The notes beneath the pieces were generated by a model that was not told where the DNA came from, ran no database searches, and saw nothing but the letters and a program-made list of their open reading frames with translations. Both the position numbers and the translations under genes were made by a program. From the NCBI GenBank assembly GCA_040357565.1, contig JBDODJ010000059.1: a DNA stretch of 64,000 nt. One strand, given 5' to 3'. This stretch comes from Cercozoa sp. M6MM (Eukaryota > Protista > Endomyxa: Ascetosporea). Positions 24,723 through 37,974 of the stretch are shown piece after piece (positions within the stretch are counted from its first letter, which is position 1; every line of letters starts with the position of its first letter).

Positions 24723-24789
24723 TTAAGCACTACAATGTATTAAGCACTACAATGTATTAAGCACTACAATGTATTAAGCACTGCAATGT
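24723..24789. repeat. 17-bp tandem repeat x4
   Basis: Unit TTAAGCACTACAATGTA. Confidence 0.9.
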
Positions 24790-25602
24790 TCCAGCTGCAC
24801 ACCAGAGGAAGTCAGCGAGATGGAACAACAGATGACAGTGTTCTTTGACGCACTGCATGCCGTGTTCAGCTCAATCAGTCTTCATGTAGGCCTGTGTTTT
24901 TTGGACACCGTTTAATCCAAGATAGTTGTGCTGTGACGACTACAAACTTAGGAAGAGGTCTTCTGGGTGGAAGAGTTCTGGGCCTGTGCAGAGCGTTTGT
25001 ACCAACAGCAGTGGCACCAACGTGCAGTGATTTCGGGTACATTGTATACTCATCAGTCTGCAATAGCGATTTAGTTTTGTGTGGTTCAGCCGCGGCTTTC
25101 ATGCAGTCGATCTGTGGGGCTAAAACACCGACGACACCGCTGAAGCCAAAAGCAGCCACATTGCTCAGTTCTGCAAACCGACAGACTCTCACGCAGATAG
25201 ACGACCTGATGAGACAGGTGCTGTACCACGTGTAAGCTCTGTACAACTGGCATAATACTCAACTCAAGTAGGCACCTGCAGGTGCACGTGCGTGTGCTTC
25301 CATTGTTGTCGACTTTGTCGGTGTCAGCGCAACTCTGCTCAGCCACCTGCGCAACTCGGGCAGCGACACGAAAGCGCACGGCTGCTGTCGTGTCATGTGA
25401 CATACACACGCCCACGCAGCTTAGCGCAGACAATAGGTCGACAACTATTTTTATTTTTGGTCTGTTGGTTCGACGCTCCATGTGAAAGTGCAAAACGCGA
25501 TTCGTTAGATCCATAGATACAATGGCAGTAATATCAGTATTGAACAGATTACTTGGGTCTAACATCCAGGTGAGTGAGAATGAAATAAATAGTCAAACGA
25601 AA

Positions 25603-28040
25603 CTACGACGCAGCCACTGGCTCGAGCAGACGCGTCTCGATCGAGTACTCGTCGTCGCTCTCGCCGACTCGTTGTTCCTCTTGCTCCTGCGCTTCCTGTG
25701 CTGCTGCTACTTCTTCCTCTGCTTGTTCGGCCGCACCTGTAGACGTGGCGTGCCGACGACTCACGAGCAGCGGCATCAACAGCAGCGGCACCAGGCTCAT
25801 CGACTGCCCATTGCATTTTAATTAAGGCTGCGACCACACCAAACTCATGGCTGCGTGCGTGTACCTCAGCGATTAGCAGCAGCTTCCACAGCGACGAGTA
25901 GTCCGCGCGGGTGATGCCAAGCCACTCAGTCACCTCAGCGCCCAGCAGTGTGCCCACCAGCGAGCCGGCGTGCGCCTGACGAGAAACGCAGCGGAATACA
26001 AAAAGGCAAACAATCTCACAACGAAAACACAAACGAACCGCCGACATGACGAGATTGAAGAACGTCGCCTGCAGTGCCTTGGGACAGCATTGAGTCGCCA
26101 GGATCTACGTCCAAGCACTTCGTTAGAGCAACGAAATCACTTTTTGGCCGGCCAGAAAAATTCCAAAAAGCTGAAAGCTCACGCCAGAAAATACTAAAAA
26201 AACTAACACAAATAATAAAACTGTACCACAGTTGGCATCAGCGTCAGGCGTCCAAACAGAGCCTGCATGGCAGCATGCGGCAGTAGTACTGCTAGAGACG
26301 GCCAGTCACGCGGCCACCAACCCCTGAACAAGAAACAAAGATCAGTTTTTGCAAATTAAAACACATTGGGAAAACTGAAACAAAAACTACACTGTCGTGG
26401 CACGCAGCGAAATAAAGACGTCAGCAGCAAAAGTGACAAGTGCCAGTGCCCACGTGGCCACCTGTGCCCGATATTTGAACCCGATACTTGACACATGAAT
26501 ACTCAGGTACAGTCAGTTCAGAGAAACGCTTACGTAGGCCCAGCGCAGATCATTCCACTTGGCAAAGGTGCGGCCGTACACGACGACACCAGCGAATGCC
26601 GACAGCAGCGACACGAACTCTGTCGCCGGAGAGGTGAAATGGAAAAGTAAAGGCTAGTGATGGGAGGCGGGGGATAACATACCAATAAGCGAGTAGTGCC
26701 ACAACTTAAGGCCAGGGAAGGTGCCCGAGTACACGAATGACATCAGAGCATCAGTAGCCATGGCCTGTGGCACATGCAGTAGCCACACAAACAACAACGG
26801 CCGCAGTTGCGACTTGAACACGCTCAGATGATTCCTGTGTCCAGGGACAGGGAGATAAGCGGGAGTAAAATGGTTAAGGGGGACACATATGGTTAAGGGG
26901 GACACATAGGGTTAAGCGAGACGCACCGCATGATACGCAGCATACGCGGCAGCAGCGACGACGCCGTGGCCTCTTCATTGTCGGCGTACAGCGGCTCATG
27001 CTGCTTCTCGTGTACCTGGGGTCATTAATGGGTCGGGCTTATGGGGGAGTGCTTAAGGGGGAGGGCTTAAAGGGCTACAGCAAGAGGGGGTAGGGAACAC
27101 CTGCAGCGCCGACAGCACGGCCAGCAGCGGGATGACGGCAGACAGGCCGAGCACGACGCGCGGCACGCCGATCAGTCGCAGCAGGCACAGCGACAGCAGC
27201 TGCGCCAGCACGCTGCCGAAACTCCGCGTGGCCATCGTGGCCGACTGCACACGGGCCGCCGTGGTACCCTTGCGCTCACCGTCCGTGTCGCCCTCGTCAC
27301 CGTCAGTCTCACCGTCAGTCTCAGTACGATCACTGCGACTGGCACCGTCATTGATCAGAGCGGTAGCCACTGTGATCACTGTGTCGGCATCATCATCATC
27401 CTCTGTCTGCTGGCCCTCTTGCTCCTGTGCCTTCTGTGCCAGCACCACTGTGACAGCGTCGATCACCGTATCGTTCAGCACGGCGCCGACGTTGAGTGCC
27501 ACGCCGCACACCAGCATCACATCGAACGAGTAGGCCATCGTGGCTGACAACAACAGACCGGCCGACCATGTGATCAGACCGATCACCTGTACTTGGCAAC
27601 ATCTCTCTTAACTCGAGCAACACGTGCAGCACAGTGATCACACACCATGTAGGGCCGACGCCGATAGCCGAAAATCGGGATATGATCGCTTATGATGCCA
27701 CAAACCTGCAAAACAATATCGACTCAAAATGAGCCGAAAACAGAGCCGATAGTCTTAAAACCGGTTTAAACGACCAAGGCAGGAAGATCAGCGCGTAGTA
27801 TCGCGCCAAGTCGGCCGGCGACACTTGCAGATCCTGCGTCAGAATGAGCCGAGTCGACGTGACCGGCAACATGAGTGACATGGCCACCGACAGGTAGGTG
27901 AGCTGAAAAAGCAAAAACCGCGTTGATCGTGTTAGTCCACAGGCAACAAAGAAAGCAGAACGCACCAGCACATGGTTTGGCACGATGCCATCGCCCGTGG
28001 CCCAGCCTAACAACGAGAAGCATACGTCAATGATCATCAT
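25603..28040 (-). CDS. BT1/FBT folate-biopterin transporter (MFS)
   Basis: Spliced LIFLPWSFKP|VCGIISDHIPIFGYRRRPYM is the BT1 signature. Also DTVIDAVTV, ARVQSATMATRSFG and WLGITRADYSSLWKLLLI. Confidence 0.92.
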
Positions 28041-28125
28041 TGCCCGCTCTGGTAGAATTCTCCAACGTACCCTTGATTCGCTGCCACATGTTTGCGCGGC
28101 ACACTACTCACACGCAAGCGAAGTA

Positions 28126-30548
28126 GCTACGCACGCGAAACAACGCGAAAACACGAAAACAGCTGGCTGATCTTGCTGTACGAGCACCGGGCAGTGAGAA
28201 TCGAGCTTTGGTCACCTCCAGCAAACTTAGAGGAACCCGAGTGCTCACGCGCGTCACACAAGCACGTACCGTGTCCTGGGCAGTATCGCTTGGCAAATAG
28301 TTGCGTGTGCCAACAAAATCGTGCGGTGGGTTTCTTTTTTTTTTTGACTCACGCGAAATGATTCGAGTACGGTACCGTACAAGTGGGGATACAAAGAAAA
28401 ACAAGTGTCGATCACTACAGTTCGGTCTTGGTCATGCGGGATTCCGGCGGCAGGTAGGTGCAGCAGGTCTCGAGTGTCGACGACGACGTGAGTCGCACCA
28501 GGAGTGTAGCCACCGTCACTACACACAGAACTTGAGGTCGCAATGACAGGAGTAAGTCGAAAGGGAAGAGCTACGGCCAACAAAGACGAAGGCAAACACG
28601 CGGAACGACAGCGAACGCGTCGATCGACTCAGCAGCGTCAGCAGCGGCAGCAGCGGCACCAGTGACAGTGCCTGGGGGGGGGGTAAATAGGGGGGTTAAT
28701 AGGGGGTAGATAGGGGGTAANNNNNNNNNNNNNNNNNNNNNNNNNNNNNNNNNNNNNNNNNNNNNNNNNNNNNNNNNNNNNNNNNNNNNNNNNNNNNNNN
28801 NNNNNNNNNNNNNNNNNNNNGGGGGGTAAAAGGGGAGTACATAGACCAAGACGGCCGCCAGGGCGGAGAGTGCCGGAGTCGGCGCGTACATCGACAGCAG
28901 CGACAGCAGCGGCAGCCACACGGCGTTCCACGTCACCAGCAGACCCAGCAGCAGCGGGATGCAGTACACCTGTCTCGTGTAGAGTTACCCCCCATACCCC
29001 AATACCCCTATACCCCTATACCCCTATACCCCACCCCTATACCCCTATACCCCACCCCAATACCCCATACCCCTATACCCCCTAACCCAATACCCTAATA
29101 CCCCAATACCCTAGCCCTATACCCCATACCCCCTAACCCTATACCCCCTAACCCTATACCCCTATACCCCTATACCCCAAGCAAAGGAACCTGGAGCTGC
29201 GTGGAGATGCATTTGTGTTCGGCCCAGCGCGAGCACAGCACGCAGGTCGCACTCGTCTGCAGCAGCTGCTGCACCGACAGGAAGGGCGCCGCATCTGGCA
29301 GCTACACACACTGGCTATTAAGGGGGTGTGTGTCTCCCCCTTTAGCGTATTAAGGGGGTGCTCCCTTTCGTTAAGGCAGCGTACCGCAACAGTGAGCACG
29401 AGCGACAGGAGCGACTGCAGCAGCGCCGTCGTCAGCAGCACGCAGCGCCACTGCTGCACCACTGCACACACACACAGTGTACAAATGGACCACCCCATTG
29501 GTACACATGGACAGTACAGAATGGACAGTACAGAATGGACAGTACAGAATGGACAGTACAAATGGACAGTACAGAATGGACAGAAAGGCAGTGTACACGG
29601 GTCACACAACGACGACACGTCGTGCAGTGTGTGCACATTCTGCACCGTGCCTTCCAGGTCGTGCGCGCTGTCACTCTCGTCGCTGTGCACACTCACTCCT
29701 CCGTCCGCGCGGACGCACACAAATGAAGAGAACAAAGTACGACGGGTGACGCTGCAGCAGCGGCGTGTCCTGCTGCTCCTCGGCCTACCGACATTTCACA
29801 CACACAATAGACAGCAAGAGAAACAACAACACAAGCAGAGACAACAAGCAGAAACAACAAGCAAAAACAACAACTCGGAACCTTCCAACTCGACGGCAGC
29901 AGCGGCGATCGCTCGGCGAATTCGCGCGCAAAAAACAGCGCGAACACGCACAGTGTCGTCACTAGGTGCCAGGCCTACCATACACACACACATACATACA
30001 GATAGTCAGTTGGTAGGACAGTGAGTCAGTTGGTAGGATAGTCAGTTGGTAAGTCAGTCAGTTGGTAAGTCAGTTGGTAGGACAGTGAGTCAGTTGGTAG
30101 GACAGTGAGTCAGTTGGTGCTACCAGTCGCGTGTCGACACGTGCGTCGGTGTCGCCGCGGAAGTCGACAGTCTGACCGTGGAAGTCAGGCACGTGCGCAC
30201 CGAGCACCACAATCAGCTGGTCCAGCAGCACGACGGTTCCCGTGGCCAGCAGCAGTACCACCCAGTAGCTATCCGGCACACTTGCACACTTGCACACTTG
30301 CACACTTGCACACGTGCACACTTGCACACGTGCACACACTTGCACACACTCACACACACACACACATGCTAACTTACACTTACACTTACACTTACACACA
30401 CATGCTAACTTACACTTACACTTACACTTACACACAGACACACAGACACACACACACACACACAGACACACACACAGACACAGACACAGACACAGACACA
30501 GACACAGACACAGACACACACTTGCACACACACACACACACAGACACA

Positions 30549-30597
<49 letters not shown>

Positions 30598-32766
30598 ACA
30601 CACACACACACTAGCACACACAAAAGGCATCACAAAAAAAGATGACGAAACACGTGAGCGAGCGGTACCGAAGGATCAGTTCGACCGTGCTTTTCGAAAA
30701 CTGCTGGCGGAACGCGATCAGCACACTGCCGCAAAGTAGCGACACCACGACTGTTCATTGAGAATGTGTGTGTTTTTTTGTACTTTTGGTATTGGCAAAA
30801 TATAGGTATTGTCGATATATAGGTATTTTTGATAGGTATTTGTAGATGAGGTATTGTCGAAAGATACCGCCAAACGTGAGGGCCGAGGTGCGAGACACGT
30901 CCAGAACGGCCCATTCGAATGTATCGGCATACACACGTTGTGACGAGAGTGTGTCGTCGTAGGGATATGGCGTCGGATCGCCCGTGTCGCCTGGAGCTTC
31001 CGTCACGGCCTTGTCGTTCGTCGCACTGTCGACACACACGAGTACCGAAGCTGCAGGGAGGGTACAGAAAGCAGAAAGAAAGCTACAAATGCGGCAGTGT
31101 CGGCGCATTCGCGATGCCCGAAGCGAGCGACAGCAGCAATTCACCACCTGACAAACAAAGCTCTGTGTGTGACCTGAGTTGACTTCAGTTTGAGTCGAGT
31201 CATGACTCGAGTTTTTAGAGTTGCTTTTGTACCGTGTTGCAAAGCCTTGGGGTGCACGTTGCGAGCGCTGTCATCGGCCGTATGGTAGACCCAGCGTCGC
31301 TCGAGAAACACGAGGTCAGCACCAGCGATACCGGCCTTTGTGAACACCTGGAGATCAGTGTAGCCACCACTGATACCAAAGAGCGTTTCGGCCATCGACG
31401 AAGCACGCGGCCACGGCGCGTATTTCGCGTACAGAGCGATCACTTCGGGATCGCTGGCTCGCACTAACAAACCGCTTTGCTTGCACTGACTCGAGATGTC
31501 AAGAGTCTAGACTTTTCGTACCGAGCATTGTTTTGCGCGAGGCGGCGCCGCTGGCTTCAAAGTTCCACAGCAGTGTCGTCTGAAACACAGTCAAAAAATC
31601 TATCGAGAGAGAGAGAGAGAAAGAAGGAAAAAAGAAAGAAAGAGAAAGAAAGAAAGAAAGAAAGAGAAAGAAAGAGAGAGAGAGAGAAAGAAAGAAAGAA
31701 AGAGAAAGAAAGAAAGAAAGAAAGAGAAAGAAAGAGAGAGAGAGAGAAGCTCACATTGTGCTTGCTCAAATGTTCCGACGCAGGTCCAGCTCCCAGCAGG
31801 CCTAGCAAAGCAGAGAGATGAGAAAGCAGACGGCACAATGAGAGTTACGAGGGCCAAACCAGCTTCTTCCAAGTCCGTCCAGACGAAAATGATCTTGCGA
31901 CGCAGCTTCTCGCCTCTGTTGCTCTTTAGTTTCTGGTTCAGTGCACGCGCCGCTTCGATCAGAATGCTCGCACCTGCCGCCGCATCCGACGCACCTGGAG
32001 CACAAACAATGAGGTAGTTTGGGAGGAACAAGTAGAGTCAAAAGTACCAGGGCCTGTCGGCACAGAATCAAAATGCGCGGCGAAAGCGATTGCCTTGTCA
32101 TCCGGCGACTCCTTCGTCGGCGAAACCACGGCCATGATCGTTGTTACGATGCAACCGTCTTTCGCGCATCCAGCGTCTAAACTCAACTCAACTCAACTCA
32201 ACTCAACTCAACTCAACTCAACTCAACTCAACTCAACTCAACCCAAAGCAACTCAACTAAACACACGGAAAGAAATACCCTTGTCCGGCGAAGCATTGTC
32301 GTACGGCGGAGTCAAATCGCGAAACACCGACACCTCGAGTCCATTGATGCCGGTAAGTTCACTGCAAACCGAAAATACAAAGGCGTCGTGCAGAAATTGA
32401 AAGCCGAATCTACCGGACAATGTAGTCGACCGCGAGTTGGCGCTCTGGCTCATAGTGACGGCTTCCAATGGCTACGAAGAAGGTACAGATAAGACAAACC
32501 CATTTCTCATAAAAAGCAAAACTCACTCGATGCGAGATAGTCAACATGCTCCTTGGCACGCTCTCCAGAGAACTTCAACTCATGGCTGTGAGAAGAAACA
32601 TGCGAAGAAAATTGCGATAACTAGAAACAGGCAGGCAATCTGCAGGTTACCTCTTCACGCTCGGTTGGTGCAAGTCGTTGATGTACGCAAGCAATGATGG
32701 CACCAAAAGCAGCACAGCCAGCCAGATGAACCCTTCCTTCCGCGCGGACGCCTCACCGCCTCGCAT
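28126..32766 (-). CDS. M28 family membrane metallopeptidase (ERMP1/Pff1-like); 3' end approximate, spans N-gap
   Basis: N-terminal TM segment. Motifs AAHFDSVPTGPG-ASDAAAG, WTDLEEAGLLGA, YAKYAPWPRASSMA, GYTDLQVF, YHTADDS, ALQHG, followed by multiple C-terminal TM exons. Confidence 0.9.
28721..28820. other. Assembly gap (100 N) inside a GGGGGGTAAA-type intron
   Basis: N run flanked by G-tract repeats. Confidence 0.99.
28985..29180. repeat. Intronic telomere-like (CCCTATAC/CCCTAAC)n tract
   Basis: Reads GGGGTATAGGGGTATAGGGTTAGGGGG on the sense (minus) strand of the M28 peptidase intron. Confidence 0.85.
30278..30620. repeat. Intronic compound (CA)n microsatellite
   Basis: Direct inspection. 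Confidence 0.9.
31605..31748. repeat. Intronic (GAAA/GA)n repeat
   Basis: Direct inspection. Confidence 0.9.
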
Positions 32767-33305
32767 CGTCAACACGCACTGATCGCAACTTTTGCTCAAG
32801 TTGGACGCAGAATTTACTTTTAACAGCGCCACACCTTGAAAACACTTCTAAAAATCACTGGCACATTCCAGCACAAAGAGACAAGAACGTCAACGGTTTG
32901 TCAGTGCATAAACTTGAGCTCAAAAGAGCCCACAAGCAGTCCAAAACGATTCTACAGTAACAATTGGACGGAAAATTGAATCAATCCGCTGAACGCACAT
33001 GTGCTGAGTGTGATTGGCACTTTGGCACGTGCACAGGTGCATAACGTACGTGGGGCACTAGTGCCGTTTGTCTGCCGACACCGCCCGCTGTGTTCTTGTC
33101 CTTGGTCATCGCATCATCACACTCCTGCCCATCATTTTTCTGTGCCTGCGCTTCGAGATTTGCGCTGTCCCAAAGTGATCGCTTTGGAATCCAACGTGCC
33201 GCTGGTTCGTCGATGGATTCGGATGTGCATGTGTGTTGGCTTTCTTGCATTTTCGGACCCAATACATCCATGTCCGACTTGTCATTATCCTTGTCTGACT
33301 TGTAG

Positions 33306-36300
33306 ATGATGGAACTGGAACCGGGTTCGCCGGCCCCAGTGGTACGAACGGGATAATTTTAGCGCTAAATTTAGCAGAATTGATTTGGTTTAATTTTTGC
33401 GAATATAGGACCCCAGTTCGCCGGAGTTTATTATCGGAGTGTCGCTGTGGTGTGTTTGTTCTCCAGGTTTGGTGGCTCATTTATGACCGCGTGCGCAGCT
33501 TGACGGGCAACGTCTGCATCAATCTCGGCACTACCTTGATCAAAGTACAGTGGGCAACAGAAACACATTGTGAGTCCTACGAGCTTGGTGTTTGGACAGT
33601 ACTCCCACGGCGAGAACTTTCAAAACAGCGTCTTGCGGCGTTGTTTGAGTACAAAAAACAGCGTTCAGTTGAACTCGAGTGATTTTGAGAATGTGTCTCA
33701 TCCTGACAGACCTCCGGTTGGCCTGGGCGATCGGCACGGCACTTTTCGTGGGCGGCAATCTGCTGAACTTTGCGTCTTTCTCGTTTGCTGCTCAGTCGGT
33801 ATCAAAACGCCATCTGAGTCTATCTAGACGTGTGTGCTACACTCGTTTGTGCCATTACAGTTGCTTTCGGCGCTGTCGTCAGTACAGTTTGTGTCAAATG
33901 GTGTCACGTGTTTTATCGTTCGACGTTTCTCGCAGAATCTAGCGCATGTGTGCGTGTGCAGTTGTGTTTGCGGGGTGGTTTCTCGGGATTCCAGTGACTC
34001 GGCGCATCCTATTTGCTACGGCACTTATTTGTATTTTCTCTGTTCAGTTATTATATCGCTGCCTTAACAAAAAAAAACGAGACTAACTTCTTTGAATGAA
34101 GGCTGCGCCAATGTGGTCGTGGTGTACTTTGGTGCGCGTCTGCAGCAGAACTACGACGTGGCCACACTACTGCTGCTGTTTCGCAAGAAGACCTTCCTAA
34201 TCTACCTGAGTACGTTTTTTGCTTTTTTTTTGGGGGAAAAAGCAAGAGGGTAAAACTACTGACTACAGGCGTAACGCTGTCGTCGGCACTAGTGCTGCAC
34301 ACACTGTACCGCCGTGCGCGCAGTCTGCGACACCGTCGGTACAATTGATACTGTCCATTTGTACTGCCGGACTGTCAATTTGTACTGTCTAAAATTGGAG
34401 GGTTGTTTTAGGGCATGCCGACAGCGCGGTAACAGTCGGAGACGACGCATGTCGACTGCCACTCTGTAGCTTCCCACACACACACACAGTGTATCTTTAC
34501 CCCCCCCCCCCCCAGGTACCGACTGGACGCAGAGGCACAGACGGTGGCGGAAGTGGCGCGCATGCCGAACCCTTCCTTTACGGAAGTAGTAACGTCCAGC
34601 GGTGTCGACGATGGTCCACTCAAGTGCTGGCTGGGTAACCTTGCTTTCGTGCATCCCTACCCTCCCTTACCCCTATCCCTACCCTCCCTTACCCCCCATC
34701 CCTGCCCTCCCTTACCCCCATATCTACCCTCCCTTACCCCCATCTACCCCAGCTGCATGCTGCTGCTTCCATGGAACGAGATCACGACGTGTGCTGTATT
34801 ATTGCCTACCCCCACACTCCCGCTTTACCCCCTTCCCTTCCGCCTGGACACAGACGCTTTGTGCACAAGCTGCGTGCCTGCGTGTTCTGCGCCTGCAGCA
34901 ACAGCGACAACTGGTGCGTCTGGCGCTGCGTGGACAACCTTGTCGTGGCGCCGCTGCTGCGTTTCTCACACAACTCCGAGGGTACCTTGCGCTTTCAATG
35001 TTGCACTTCGCTTCGAAATTCTGCGAAATTTCGCGCTTTTTTTCGACTTTTGCGCTTGTTTTCGAAATTCTGCGACATTTTGCGCTTTTTTTCGAAATTC
35101 TGCGAAATTCGCGAATGTTGACGTTTTATCAAACGCTGTTTTTTAACACGTACGCAGGTGTCTTGTTCGCTTTGGTGTCGGCGCTGCTGGGCACCTACTC
35201 GGTACTGCTTTTATCGGGTCTCGTGCACACAAGCTTGCAGTGTGCTGTGTATGTGTAACTCAGGCGATGCTGGCCAAGTCAATGTCGGAAATGCTGCGTG
35301 TGGCCTTTTTCGGAACGGATGACGAGCGCGATTCGCAGTTCACGTCGCCAGTGCCGTATCTGGTGCTGATACTTTGGCTGTTCGCCATGTCCTTCTGGCT
35401 CTATCGGTACACTGCTTTGTTTTTTTAACTTATCTGCTTTGATTTTTATAAGCTATATCTTTGAGTGTTGGTAGGATGAACGCGGCCATCAAGAAATTCA
35501 ACGTGATGTTCATCGTGCCCACCATGCAGGTAGTCAATCAGCACCCTTAAACCTTTTTTGTCTGCAATACTGCAAAATTGCAAACAACCTCGTTCAACAG
35601 GTGTTCTGGATCGTTTTTTGCGTGCTTTCCGGCGGAATCTGTACCGTGAACTGTACAGAGAGACTGCTAGTGCTTGTATAGCCACTGCTGGTTTGATGCA
35701 GATTTTCGCGAATTTTGGACCTTTGAGAAACGCCAGACGATCATGTTTCCCGTACTGATCAATCGAACTGTTCCTGATGATTGAAAGTGCTATGCTTGGT
35801 TGTTTCTGATTGTAGATTGGCTTGCTGTTGCTGCTGGTGGGTGTTATGGGTCTGGCACCTGCCGTGCAGCAGACGCCGGCTGCTCCAACTGCTGTAAAAA
35901 CAGTTTTTTTCTGTGTGTTTGTTCGGTGTGAGATTGTTGAAATACACCTCCAGGAACAGCCACAAGAAGCTGCCGCTGTCGATGACGCGTTTGGACTCGG
36001 TTTCCACCAGTCTGAGGTACAGCTTGGACTGGTTTCTGCTTCTTTTTTGTTGCTGCCTGCTTGAATCGAAGCTGGTCCAGACTGGCGAGAAGAAAGAGCG
36101 AAGCATGTCGACATCGACGCCGTTGTTGATCGCACCTCAATCCAACGTGTCAGATGCTCCTCCTGTGGTAGCCAAACTTAAGTGTATGGCTGTGTGTTTG
36201 CGCCTGGGACAAACATTTCTGTTTGTTCAGTTGGATTCGTTGCGAGACGCGAATCTGCTGCAACAGGTGTGCTTTCACTCGGTTTACCCCCTGTATCGCC

Positions 36301-36800
36301 CGTTACCCTCACTGTACCTCCCTTAGGACCTGACAGAATGGCTGTCACGCCGAACTGCAGCCTTGTTCGAGCACCTGGCATCGTCGAGCGACGGTGACGA
36401 CACCGACGACGATATTTACGATCGCACTGGTTCTGACGCTTGCGTTGTGTGCGATCAGTACAACAGCTTTGGTGCCATTGAAGAAGGCATCGATGAGGTA
36501 TCTTATCCCTCCGTAATACACCAGTATAACGTCAAAGCTAAACTGTACCTGGAACAGACAAGGTCCTCCTGCCGCACACCGATCGAATTCGAGACCGAGG
36601 AGGACAGGAGCGATGACAGCCGCGAAGTCAGGCGACAACAGCAACAGCAAAGACAAGAACACAGAGAACAGCAACAGCGAGGGCAACAACAAGAGGCTCC
36701 TAGATACGATGAGAGGCAGCAATCAAGAGAATCACCCGACGTTGTCGTGCACGTCGCCGCCAGGCCCGACGTCGACTCTACCTTTAAACCAAATATGTAG
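33306..36800 (+). CDS. NIPA-family (DMT) magnesium transporter with acidic/Gln-rich C-terminal tail
   Basis: EFIIGVSLCLTGNVCINLGTTLIK, WAIGTALFVGGNLLNFASFSFAAQS-LLSALSSVQFVSN, MLAKSMSEMLR, FWLYR-MNAAIKKFNVMFIVPTMQ. Confidence 0.9.
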
Positions 36801-37029
36801 CTGTTGATGCAATATTGTATCCGCGCGGAATCAGCCCTAAAACTTGGCCTGATACGGACCTACTCCGAGTGCTTGGTCAGCGTGGGCTGGTGTTTGGTCC
36901 TGGTGACGTCCCGTTTCTACGCTACTAACCAGGAATAACCGAATCAAATGCAAAACAGACCGGTTCCAGCGCAGGACATTTACGGCAGGCCTTATGCGTC
37001 AATTACTAGCGTAGTGGGGAGTTCAGACC

Positions 37030-37113
37030 ACTGAAAACCCAACAACCATGTACAGGATCCTACAGGCAGTTCCCCTGTAAGTCTTGGGGGTCACAAGAGT
37101 AGGCCTGTGTGTC
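37030..37113 (+). mobile_element. Diverged copy of the short dispersed repeat
   Basis: gaaaacccaac..catgta...agttcccctg...ggggtcacaagag..ggcc is colinear with 17305-17372. Confidence 0.5.
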
Positions 37114-37974
37114 CCACGCTAGTGCAGTGCAGTACAGTGCAGTGCAGGGTGTGTTGTCAAGTTGGCCAGGTGCCTTGCAACAGAGGCCAGCAAAACACAG
37201 GGCTAGTCCTTGTGTTGAGAGACTCGAAAAGACATTCTTTGACCAAACCAGTCGTACCTCGCACGCTCTAGCGAACTGCCGCCGCGCCCGTTCAGTCGGC
37301 AGCACTCACCCGAACACGCACTGCCCTTTTTCAGTTGATTTATGCTCGCGGCACGATCAACTGAAACCGATTTTTTACGCAGGCCTAGTTTTATGCTCAC
37401 GGCGATAGCAAGATCGCAGCCAGACTGTGTCGTGCCGGTGTTAAGACAGAACCGTCGTTCGCACGGCATGCGGCACTATTTTGTGTCGCTGTCGGACAGA
37501 ACCAACGAAGGTTTACACTTACACTAGGCGACAATTTCGTTTTGGATAGGTAGGTAATAGGTAGGTACTGGACAGGGAGGTATGGACAGGTAGGTGGTAC
37601 TTCAGGTATTTTGGAACAGACCAGGTGAAACCTGCTCATACGTAGTACACTCGGTTCTGCATATCTCCGGGGGAGGCGGGGGTTTTAAGGAGGGACGAGG
37701 ACAAAAACAGATATTTTTTTTAAAGGGGATCCCCTGAGAGATACTGCCAGACAGTCGCGTGCAGACAAAGAGCGGAGGTAGATTGCAAATATAATGTCGC
37801 GTACATCGAATATCGAAAGCTATGGTATGCGTAGTCACCTACGTCGTGAGAGATCTTCGCTTTCATCTGCACGCACGGGAACGTGTAAACTATTTTCGTC
37901 GCCGATAACGTCGCACGCGTGGTCAAGCTGTCGCTACACGACTGTACAAGACGGAAGCTGTACTAGACGGAAGC

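Noticed and set aside
24723-24789. Tandem arrays as CRISPR (also 19130-19270, 29505-29585, 30000-30120)
   Set aside because: No unique spacers, no cas genes, eukaryotic context.
23950-25565. ORFs between the hypothetical gene and BT1
   Set aside because: No consistent strand, splice pattern or recognisable domain, so no gene call can be supported.
404-36800. Metal/ion transport gene cluster (NHE, ChaN, ZnT, BT1, NIPA)
   Set aside because: The genes are interspersed with unrelated genes on mixed strands and show no shared regulatory signal; probably chance.
37060-37085. GCAGTTCCCCTG resembling part of U6 snRNA
   Set aside because: There is no upstream ACAGAGA box or downstream AAGGATGA; it belongs to the dispersed repeat.
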